Positions 16,808-28,800 of a DNA stretch of 64,000 nucleotides are shown here, piece by piece. The position numbers and the translations under genes were made by a program. This stretch comes from an uncultured Planctomycetia bacterium (lineage in GTDB: Bacteria; Omnitrophota; Gorgyraeia; Taenaricolales; CAZCCH01): contig CAZCCH010000005.1 in assembly GCA_964497315.1 (NCBI GenBank), forward strand, positions 1,885 through 65,884. The letters run 5' to 3'. The notes below the pieces were generated by a model. That model made no database searches. It saw only the letters and a program-made list of their open reading frames with translations, and was not told the origin of the DNA. The stretch's first letter is position 1, and the number at the start of each line of letters is the position of its first letter.

Positions 16808-19800
16808 TTATATATTTCGCTTAAATTCCTGAATGACTTTTAACTCTTGAAGTTTCTCTAATGTAGCCTCAAGTATAACATGGGCCTCTGTGACAAATGG
16901 CACAAGGAGTGCCTCTTTTGCTTCTTGAGCGGAGGTTGCTATATAACGTACGATTTGTGCACCTTGTGAGTAAAGCCACAACCCGGCATCTCTTGCTGAA
17001 TCAAATACCTTGATAGTTTCATCATCAGGTAGGGTTTCGTTAAGCTCGGCTATTAGGCCTCTGTAGCGCGTGTCTGAAGAAGGAACAACTGCAGCAACCA
17101 ACACACCTTCAGCAAAATGATCCCTAATACTAGCTACACCTTCAGCTAAAGAAGATGGACCGAGTATTATGCCTGTAGTTACATCAAGAGAGGTTTGACC
17201 GATTATTTCATCAGTTAAGGTTTCGGTTTCAGTGAAACGAGAGGGATCTATCTCAGCTGGAAGATAATAGTTAAATAATATCGGAAAGTAATTTGATTCC
17301 TCCCAATCATAAGTTGCGCTATGCAATGTGAAAGGAAACCTGAAGGGTTTCCCGGTATTCCGCAGGGCCATAAAGATGTTGTAGACATTATTTGGAATTA
17401 GGCTAAGCGAGGGTTCAGTTGACGATAACTTCAATAAGGCTTCATACATAGCCTCTCTTTTAAATTCCTCAGAAGCAGTTGTCCTATAATCAACCGGCTC
17501 CACGTTTGCATAAACAACTCCCCCAACCCTCAATGACTTTCTCAGGCGTTCTAATGTTTTGAATTTATCATGAAAGTATTGCGCTGTCTTACGGCAAACG
17601 ATAATTACATCAAAGCCCTCACTCAAATCATCCTGTAGTAGTTCATCTTCTTCTACATTTACTGGATAACAACGTTGTTTTATTTGTTCTAAATACCCTT
17701 CTATTTTACGCGGGGTTACATGAGATAGGCCTGAGACCATTAAACATTGTCTTACAGCCGTATCAAATTCAAAAGTAAGATCCGGTTCTTTATTGTACGA
17801 ATGGATTTCAACAGAATCTTCAAAGAGATCCATAATGCTTATTGCCGTAAGCCCTCCAGCGTCTCCTACCAATAAAACCCTTACAGGCCTTCCCAATTCT
17901 TCATGCTGCAACCTGATTTCATCGGATATGTTGTTACTGAATAACATGTCCATGTTACTAAAAGAATCTGCTAAATTATCATCTGTGCGATATGGATGTC
18001 TTCCACGCACTGGTAACAGGTTCAGGGCCAAAAAAGCATCTGCCAATGGTAATGATGCCTCCAATGCGGGTTGTTCTTTATAACGTGAAAAAACTAATTT
18101 GGCGTAATCTATAGTATCTAAAGAATTATCTACATTTCCATCAAAAGGTAGGCCAGTTAATTGGCCTATTTTCTCTAGCACAGTTAAAGCCCAAGCATAT
18201 CTATCGCTAGCGCTTAGTTTAACAATCTTGTTCCCACTCAAAAGGCTTCTGCTTAATGCTGAATCCTGAGCGCCGAGGAGTGGATTTTCCACAAAGCGGG
18301 CGGGGCCAAATCCAGTGCCCCTATCTTCTTGCCAGTAGGGATTTTTCACATTAATATACCGGCTGTTAACCTGTCTTATCTGGCCACTGCGCAACAACAT
18401 TTCAATTACATCCTTTGTTTCTGCTTCGCTATATGCCATACCTAGATTGTCCTCATTCAATAACTCTCCTGTGTCCATGGGGTGATCTGTGGATAGAAGA
18501 GATTGCCTTATGTAAAACAGCAAAGCAGTTTTTCTATTCCAGCTTTTAACTGGTCTGGATGCATCAAATTCAGCAAGTCCGACTTTCTCTGCGATAGCCC
18601 TGCCTGCGCGACTCATTGGCAAACATTGAAGCAAAGGTTGAGTTAAAGGTGTTTCGTGGGTCAAATACCCAGCTCCTATTGCAAAATCGATAGCTGCCTT
18701 ATATAGCTCCATTCCAACGCCGCGCAATTCAGGATTGTTTTTATCTCTGTTTTTCGGGGATATTTCAATAGTTTTCATTTTAATAGTACCTGTACCGTCA
18801 ATTATAATTGTGTAGGAGCCATCGACTATACTATCGTCATTTCTTGTGGCTACAATAATATATTTGCGTCGGTTAGCCTCTAAGGCATAATCGCATCCTT
18901 CCCGAATCCCAAGAAATACTTCTTTGTTGCTATAAAGCTCCTCTCGACTCCAACCAAACCTACCCTGCCTTATCTTTTCGAAATTTGGATCAAGACGTGT
19001 TAGTTGTTTTATAGTTATTTTTTCAGGCTGGTTCTCGCGTTGATTCAACACCAATACTTCACGAGGCTGTATTGCATCACCTTTTATTTCCGTAAAGCGA
19101 GAGGGAACAGCAGTCGAATTTTCAATTGCATCCAGGAAGGCTTCCAGGCCGGTAGGATGGATACCTATAATCTCAATAATTCCGGTCCCCTGATTGCTTA
19201 CATGTCTTTCGTTGCATAATACAAATGGTAATTCTGTGGGACTCCATTTGGATGCTATATCATCAGTCATTAACTCCCGGACAGTTACAATTCTGGCATT
19301 AGGAGGTAGGAAGACAGGTGCGATATTGCCTCCCAAGTTCACTATTTCTTTCAAGGGGTCAATGATAAACCGGCTGCCAGGTTTGGCGAATACCTCAATT
19401 AAATTAGAGACAGCTATATAAATTTTAACAAGGTTTTGTATGCGGGATATCAATTCATGCGATAACTCTGTAATTATACCTTTTGTTAAAAGCCCATTTT
19501 TAGCTAAATTATTCATCATGTGGGGTGAATAACGATGGACAAGGTAATCGGCTTTTGTACCGAAAACCTTTACTATGTCAACAAGACCTTTTCTGTTGAA
19601 CGCATTGCCTTCATGGACTTGCATAGATACATCAATGCCATGCTCTTTTTTATAGGACGAGGACGTCTTTTTAAATATCGGTTTTGCATTTTTTAAAACT
19701 AGCTCATCTGGATCTATTCCAACAACCTGAATTTGCCATTCTTTTGCAGCTTCAGCCCCAACAACCTCTTTCAGAATTTCAACAGAAGACCTTACAAGTT

Positions 19801-22800
19801 GCAGTGTTTCTCTGGGAACGAGGCCTAGCCCAACTACGCAATAAGCCAGGTTTTTTTCTTCTCCGGATTCCAATTTTTTATTTATTAGCCTTCTTAAGTC
19901 CTCTCGTATTAAATCTAATTGCAGTGCGTTTTGGAGCAGTTTGGATGAGCTGTCAAATGCACGTACCTTGCGGACACTATTAGAGCTTAATGATATTTGA
20001 CCCAATATCTCAGATTCCCCACCCGAAAATCCCAATTTTCTCAATTCATTCATCAGGGCTTGTCTTTCATCAGCAGGTATGATTTCCATTAATGTTGGGT
20101 AAGCGGGGACGGGAGAAATTTCAGCAAAACTTGAGCTATCATCCAGCTTTTTATAGGGATTTACTGAAATATCCCCAAGGAATATATTTATATCTTCAGG
20201 ACTAAAATCAACAGGGGGTTTTTCAGACATATGCACAAAATATGGGTGCTTAGTTTCTATAGCTGTTGCCTCATCATCAATGTCATCTAAGCTATGTCCA
20301 GACTTATCTTTTTGAGCCCATAATGTGGGATATTCATCTTTTCTATCAAGATCAATACCTAATTTTTTTGCAGTTTCTGGTTTGTTTAAGGCAGTCCTTT
20401 CAGCAAGTTCAATTGCTAACTTCATAAGATGATATCTTTCTTCTTTTGAAACCTCCATAGATGCAATTTGTTGCATATTTTGTTTTATTGTTTCAGGGTC
20501 TTCATAAATTGTATCAGGCCTATCTTGTTTTGTGATTAATTCAGCTTCAAGCCAGCTTTCAACATCTTGTTTTATTAATTCAGCAAACCTGCTAGAACCC
20601 TCTTCGACTTTATCAGAAGAACTATCCAAAGGTATATAGAAACTAAAGGTAGTCCAATGGTCATCGAAACTGACTTCCATATCACCATTGCGGTTCTTTG
20701 CAAATCTACGCAGAAGAAAAATTCCACCGCCCAGGGCTGATAATTGAAGTGCACCGATTTTCAATACACCTTCTAGCTCGTGGTGTTTTTCTATACCTCC
20801 AAACAAACTAAAATCAACTGCTTTTTCTGGATGTTCGAGTAGCCCATCTCCGCTATCTGCAAGTGCTAGTTTTTTTTCTATCTTCGCCTTTAATTCTCCA
20901 GGATGACTATTATTACTTACTTCAAGATGTAATGTTCCACCTTCAAGTCTTAAGGCCATCCTCAACCTTGTTTCCCTAATGCCATCCATTATTTGTTTAT
21001 GTATTGCCTCTAAGGTTACAAGTCCTTGCTCATAACACTCCTCTAATTCATCTATCCGGTATCTACCATCGGTATTTTCTTTGATGAGTTTTGCTATATT
21101 AAGATTAGACCGTGCACAAAGGCCATTTTTACCAATTTCTTCAAAGAAATACTTGGCTAGCTGCTCACGATCATCTATTATGACTATATCGTCTCTTACC
21201 TGCCTGCATAAATTAAAGAAGGCTTTCATCTCTTTAGCAGTTTTATCTATACCATCAGCAATTGCCAAAGGATTATGACGGTAGGTACTTAAGTTCCATA
21301 CAAGGCGATTAGGTAAGAATTCTGCAATAGCAGTTTTGTGTTTTGCAAGCTCTTCATTTAATTTATTACTTTCTAGGATATGAGCTAATGCTATAGCTGT
21401 TCTTTGTTGTAATTGTTCATCTTCATTTTGCAATAAAGGCACTATGGCAACAATAGTCTTATCTGTTGCATACCAGACTAAGGCGTCAACAAGCTCTGAT
21501 GCTATTTGTGGGTTGTTTCTTTCTTTTGCTAAAGCGCTATGCAAGCTATTTCCTGCACCTACTAGAAGAATAGGCGCTTCTTCTGAAAGACCATCTATCT
21601 GACCCAAATCAGATAGGGCATCTATACAAGTTATTTTATCAATATCTCCAGCTGGCAATGAGACCAGTTCTTTTCTTAGGACAGTAACTGCTGTTTGAAG
21701 AGAGCGAAGAGGTATATATCCACTAGTTGTAGTGCTAAATCTTTCTCTGCGAGTTTTATCTGCATAAACAAGTCCTGCAGCTGCATTCATGCAAACAGTA
21801 TTGTCAGGATCATGTAATAAGCTTATTAAGGTATCTATAGCCTCTTTGGCCATGTCTACATCTTGTTGGTAAGCATGGGGGATTTCCCCATCAACTAATA
21901 CACTGGTTAGCCATTCTATGGCGAGAATTCTTTCTGGTTTGTATCTTTCATCTCCATGCGGGGTAGTAGCTAAGAAAATAGATGCATTAATATTATCGAT
22001 TATTCTAAATGGATTTCGTTGGCGAGTCTGAAAATCATCAACTTCACTGAACCTAGCTTCTTCTGTAGTAGAGTCATCTACTGGGGGACCATTTTCAAAA
22101 CTTTCTCTTGTTAAATTTGGATATAAGCCACCATTAAATGTGCCTCTAAAAATTAAACCAAGCAAGGCCTCGCGTATATCCCAATGCAAGCATTTACCTT
22201 GCAGATAGTAGCTTTCAGAGATTTCAGGAAATTTTTCTATAAAGCCCCAATGGTCACTTACGTGCCACTTTGCTTCCTTGTAAGAACGGTCATCCAGCAA
22301 TGCATCCATTACATCTACTAGTAATAAGATTTCACAAAGACGACGCAATCTTGCATCTTTAATTCTTTCAGGATGATGGTGGTTTCTTATGAGGGTTTTT
22401 ACATCATCAGAGACATTAATTCCTAATATTTCAAGTAATTCCACAGAGAAACCAGCATGCTTATCTATTAATTGCCTTTCAGGATCATCGGGATCCTCTG
22501 ATACAACCTTACTTGAGAAAACCAACTTCCATAAGTTTCTTCGATATAGTTTTCCAATATCATGCAAGGCCGCTGCAGCATCTAAAACCTTTCGGTCTGG
22601 TTCATCTACTTTTAATTCCTCAGCAAGTGTTGCTGCATCAATTCTTACTCTTTGAATATGATCTAATAATGGAGTGATACTTCCTGAGAGTTTTCGTGAA
22701 GAATGAAGCTCTGTGTAAACTGTTTCTATATCAACGTTGCTTACGATTTTAGCAAGTTCATGTCGCAGAGGAGGTCTGATTTCTGAAAAGCGAACAGGGC

Positions 22801-25800
22801 CATATGAAGCTATATTAGGAAATATAGACTGAAATCTTTTGCTAACATCTGCCATTGAATTACATTCCCCTTGTTTCATATCATATATGAGGCTTGCAAG
22901 GTGTGCCATCTGTTGGGCCGAAGGAGTTTTTTTAACTCTAGCATTTTGCAACTCTTCCTCAGCAGTTTCGAGTGTATCTGGTATTTCTGTGTCAGGACCA
23001 AGTAATATCTGGTAAGCCACTAATGCTAAATCTTGGATATCGTAAAGAGTTTTTTCAATATTTCTTAATCCGGTATGGCGTACTTGGGTTACATCATTAG
23101 CGCTTACAAAAGAACCGTGGCCATAGCCCGGATCAATTATCTTGGGATAACCCTGGCTATCCAATAATATATTTTTTCGCAGCAAGGAGAGATCTCCATG
23201 GAATACCTTTTTATCATGAAGGAAAGCTATGCCTTCGAAAACTTGAGCGATAATCCATAGTCGCCTGTTTAGGCCAGGCATTTCTGGAAGTGCCTCAATT
23301 AGAGATGGACCGTCTACATATTCCAATTCGTGATATGTTAGCTTTTCACCTGTGCCAGAGGTAGAAATTGTTCCTGCGGTGATAATATTAACCAATGCAG
23401 GAGGGGCCCCATTCATTTTAGCAATTAGGCCTTTTGCAATCTGGAGATTTTCTATTTTAGAGTGCCCCTCACCTTTTTCTATCCTAACTGCTACCTGAAA
23501 GTTCTCTCCTTTTTTAGGATCAACCGCACGATAGACATACGTATGGCCTCCGAATCCTATCTGTTCTTCGATAATCAATCCACGCCTAGCCAGAGGCAAA
23601 TAGATCCTTCTCCAGAAATTTACATCTTGAATGCTTTGCGTACCCATATCGCCCTGTTTTTTAGGACACTTTGCATTTTGCATACCAAATTTCCACCTTG
23701 ATGCTCCATCTTCTGAAAAGCGGGCAGCTTGTTTTTCTATGTCCCAAACTATGCTATCAGATGGCACAAAATACCTAAGTCTAGTTTTAGCGGGTCTTTT
23801 TATTTCTAGGCCTTGCGTTTTTAAATTATCCCTTAACGCCTCTATATCGAATACGCCATATCTAACATTCCATTTTGCCCAATCAACAAGCTCTTTGTTG
23901 GGATACAAAATAATGAGCCTACCGCCTTCTTTAAGCCTTTTAGATAAACTTGCTAAGAGTTTTTTAATAAAAGTAAATTGCTCATCATATGTATTTGGAT
24001 CAGTGCCATATATGGGTGTTGGGAAAAGAGGCGGATGACAAAGAATGAAATCAAATTTTTCATCATCAGATAAGCATTCATCAAAATCCCCTTGTCTTAC
24101 CTCCATTCTATCTTGCAGGCCTGCTTGTTCAACATTATACTTTGCATCTTCACAAGCGGTTTCTTTTATATCTGTAGCAACGACATGCCCACCTTCTCCA
24201 GCAGCATACATTCCAAGCACGCCAGAAGCGGTACCTAAATCCCATATGTCTTTACCTGCCAAATCTATTCTGTTTGTTTTTAAGTATGCTATAATTTTGT
24301 AACTTCTGGCAAGATAATCGTATGTCCCTTGAGAAATACGCAAGCTGTCACCTGTATACATATGCCTAACAGTTTTTGGTTGTATTTCTGAAAAGCGAGA
24401 AGAAGAGGATGCCTTCTTTTTGGCGGTTTTTTTCTTATTTCTTCCATTATCCCTATCGCGGGATATTCGTGCGCTATACCTTCGTATTGCTCTTATATGT
24501 TCGCTACTATATACTCTATGACCCTTTCTATTTGTAGGTATGTCTATTAACCCTTCTTCTTCCATTCTATCGGTGAGCTTGTTAACCCAGGTTTTTGTTA
24601 TGCCTAGTTTTCCTGCAGCTTGACTTGAAGTATATGTTTTTTTAGTTTTCTTGGGTTTTCTACGATACCACAATTCTCTATTAGGGGAAAGATCCCCAGT
24701 TTTTTTAAACCTATATTTTCTTAGACGAACATATGCTTGCTCAAGGGTTATCTTCCGTGGCAGGCTATCTTTATATAATGTGAAAGCGTCTGGTTTGTGT
24801 TGGTCTAGCATTTTATCAAAATCTTCTAATGCGTCTGCGTTTTCAGCTTCACTAAAACGAGAATGGGTAATATTAGGGGTGGTTTCTTGTATATCAAACT
24901 GTAGGGGTACGTCTTGTTCGCTAAATCGCGACAGGAGACCTTCGCGTTTGAGCAAGTCTCTATTAATATCTTCCTCACAACCTAAGGTCTTAAGGAGTTT
25001 CTCAATGGCTGTTTGTCTATCCGCATCAGTATATTTATCCATGGTCTTACGAATTGCATCTAAGGAAACCTTAGGATACTCATATTTTTCAAGGAATTCA
25101 GGAAACAGATCTGTTACGAAACTCCAGCGTTGTCTATAGCGGTCTATAAAATCCACAACCATCTGAAGAGTTCTTACTCTAGCAAGTGCCCGATCCAAAT
25201 TTGTCATATGGCCTTTTTTCTCAGCAGTAAAGTGCTCATTTAACTCTTGAAATAGCATCATGGTAATAACTGCTTCATGTTTATGGATATATCCTTTATT
25301 AATGGAGATTTTATATATAGCCTCAGAATCCCCCACCGTATCTTTTGAAACAAAACATGCTTCTTCGCTGTCACCATAATGAGGAGCTATAAATCCTGCC
25401 GGTATCATTTTTTCCTTTAAATCTAACAGGTAATCATTAAAACCAAAATAATACGCTACAGTATGAACTGCATGTGATCCCTTAGCTGTCCTTACCCTTG
25501 ACATATCTATATTGACTATCTCACGATCAAGCGTGGGCCTATTAGATGGGATGATTATACCCAGGCGTGGCATAAAGATAATGCCTTCGGGAGTTTGATC
25601 TGGACGGCCATCACCATCAAGGTCCATACACCTAAATTGTTCCTCCCTTTCGTGTGGAAATAGATATCTTGGATCTAGCGCCTTACCTCCTTGTGCTATC
25701 CAACGGGCTCTATTTTCTGCTACTTTTTCACGCACCCTTTTTTTAATGACTGGCCAAGGTAATTCTTGAGTTATGCCATCAATAATAATCCAGAATGTAT

Positions 25801-28800
25801 CAGGGTCATAATTAGCACTGGTGCTTGTTGTCGTTATAACAAACTGAGCAAGTGGAAACAGCACTTTAGCTGGACCCAAATAAGCCCTGGAGCTATCACA
25901 GGAGAGCATGCCTATTATCTGATGGCTGGCTTGTAACATATCTACATCAGGGGCGGTTTCAAGGGCGCGCACGAGGTTACCCCCCATACCAGTATGGCCA
26001 GAGTAAAACATCCCATGGACTTTTGGTTTACCGGCATGCTCGAAGATTTCCCCCCTGTAATTATTCGAATCCCCCCTAGGGTCAAAATATACAGTTACCT
26101 TTTTACCGTTGAGTGTAGTTTTGTATATAGTAACACCTCCGACTGTTTCTACAGATTTTGCATCTTGCATCTTTTTGTCAAATAACTCAACATAGCACTC
26201 AGAATTTAATGGTGCATAAAGCCATAAATTAAACTCTTGTTCTGGGTTTGTATCTTTATCAAAAATAACATCATAGGCAGGATTTGTTTGATTGGCCAAA
26301 AGCTTTTCCGCACACTCCATGGCGTGCGGTGCGTGCTCATCGCAATATTGCCTTTCTTTGTCACTAAAACCCTGGACTACACTGGCTATGCTTAAAAGAT
26401 ACAAAGACCTCTTAGTCCTATTTATTCCTTCTCGCGTAGGAATTTTATATAGCTCTCTTAAGTATTCAGCCTTTTGCTGAAGGGGTGTACCAGGTATTGA
26501 AAGCACATAAAGGACGATATTAAAATCTGCTGAATCTATAGATTTTGCTTGTCTGATTTGTTCAATAATTTTATTTAGCAAGCCCTTTAGAAGATCTTTC
26601 TTTGTTTTTAGTATTGGCCCTAATGCTTCGCGATTACCATAACGGCCAATAAATCCAAACAGCATCCTAAGACGATCCTCTCTCAAAAGATCCTGGTATT
26701 TTACAAAGACTTCAGTTAAGCCTCTAGCTGCAGATGCTGCAACATTTTCATCTATATCATTTACACCAGTATCTTCTGCAGTAAGTGCTGCCAGTGCTTG
26801 TCTGGCTAGGGTTGGAGTAACAGTACCAATTTTTCCAACAGCGGCTAGCGAACCCTTGCGTACATCTGCGTCTTTAGCTTTTATCTTTTTACTAACCTCT
26901 AGCATTGCCTGCTGGGCAAGCCTTGGATGCCTGCAAGCAATATTTCCAATACCCTCTGCTGCAATTTTAGCTATCCATGAATATTTATCGTCTATCCTTG
27001 TAAGAAGCATAGGGATGACCCTTGAGGCAAGTTCAGTGTGTGCTTGCCCAATTTCTCTAACAGCGCGCACGAGAAGAGAGTTTCCTTTGTATTCTTCAGT
27101 ATGCATTGCCCTGTTGAGTGCAGTCAGAGCCATAGAAGCATATTCAGCATGAGCTGTGCCGATAGATCCAATACCCCTAATCGCCTCCCTAGTAGTAGTA
27201 ACATCTTTTGTGTGAGACAATCTTCCAATAAGCATATGCAGGCTTCTTAATGCAAGTCCAGAGTGAGCCGTACCGATTCTAGCAATGTTGTATATTGTAG
27301 TTCTACGAACATATGTTTCTTCATGATTCATTCTTGGGGCAAGCAACTTAAGGGCTTGCTGTGCCATTTTACTATGGCCTCTACCTATAGAGGCAATTGC
27401 ATCTACCGCATTACGTGCGATATCTACATTTTCAGCATCCAAGCTAGGTGCTATTAGCTCTAAGGCTTGCGGGATAGACTCAGAACAAGTTGAAACTATT
27501 ACTCCGATTGCAGATATTGCATTTTGACGAATTTTTACATCCTCATCATTTATCGCTGGAACAAGCGCCTCTACAGCCATAAGGGCAATCTCTGACTTTG
27601 AATACCTGCTTATTCTTCTAATGGTAGCTATTGCACTTTCACGGATAGAGCGGTCACCATCATTTATTTTTGTACTAAGAAGCGTTAAGATTCGTTTCGC
27701 ATGAGGGTACTTGGCAATTTTTCCAACCGCAAAGACCGCAGCCCTGCGAACATGTACATCTTCATCATCTAACCTACTGCCAAGTACTTTTAAAGCTTGC
27801 AAGATGAGGTTGCGGTGGGTTTTAGCAATATCTCCTGCAGCATCTACTGCGCATCTACGAACGGAGGTATCTGTATCATTTATTACTGTATAAAGACTTG
27901 CCAAGGCCTGCCAGGCAAAGTCATAACTTGCGTCTTTAGAAGAAGCCCCCCTACCTAGGCCAATAGCTGCAAACCTACGAACAAATGGATTGCTATCATT
28001 TAATCCTATGCCTTGACCAGTAAGGATATCAAAGGCATCTTTCCCTCCTATAATACCAATAAAATAAGCTGCAACAGCACGAATTCCCCTGTTTTCATGA
28101 TATATTTTAATCATCTGACTTCTTAATATTCTCACAGCCAGGCGACCAAGTTTAGGTTTTGTATTTCGTATATTAAGAATTAAGTCTACGATTTTTTTGT
28201 AAGAAAGATAAGGTATGTTTTGTCTGTTTAAAAGTCTTCCAAGACCTAGTAGAGCCCAGTAGGCACGCCTAGGGTTTCTATCTGAGGTTGCTATCATTGC
28301 TAGTGTTTCTGCATCCTTTTTATTTATGAGTTCTTGTATTTCAGGGGGGAAGGTTACACCATCTGACGGTGCGGGTATAGCATATTGTAAGACCTCTGGG
28401 ATTTGCCTGAAGTAATACTCAGTTCGTTTGTGTTCGGCAATAAAATTGGCAGCTACAAGACCAGAGGTAAGTAATAATCTATTTAATAGTCTGTTACGTG
28501 TTGTTGCTGGTGGCGTTTCTTCTACAGAAGAAGAAAAGACCGAAGGCTTCTCAGCGTTCCTGTCGATTTGTTCCAGTGCATTTGCTCTTTTCAATCTATC
28601 ACGCGACATGCGCGTTACAATCTCATCTATTTCGTGTAAAGCGCGCATTTTTCTTCCAGTCATGCGAGAGGGTTTTTGTTGTGTGCTTGCAATTTGTGTG
28701 TGTCTGTCTGCAATTGGTCTTGCACTTTCAGTGGATTTTAAGTCAGAAGGAGCTGAGAATATAGACCGTGCTTCTGGATTTACTTGGCTAAGTTCAGCCA

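Noticed and set aside
21730-21750. ERFST as another junction motif
   Set aside because: Lacks the small P2 residue and the terminal Glu, and lies within a HEAT-like segment.
28430-28510. Internal Tat-like or TM segment (TTRNRLLNRLLLTSGLVAANFIA) in the giant protein
   Set aside because: No twin-Arg consensus and the hydrophobic stretch is marginal.
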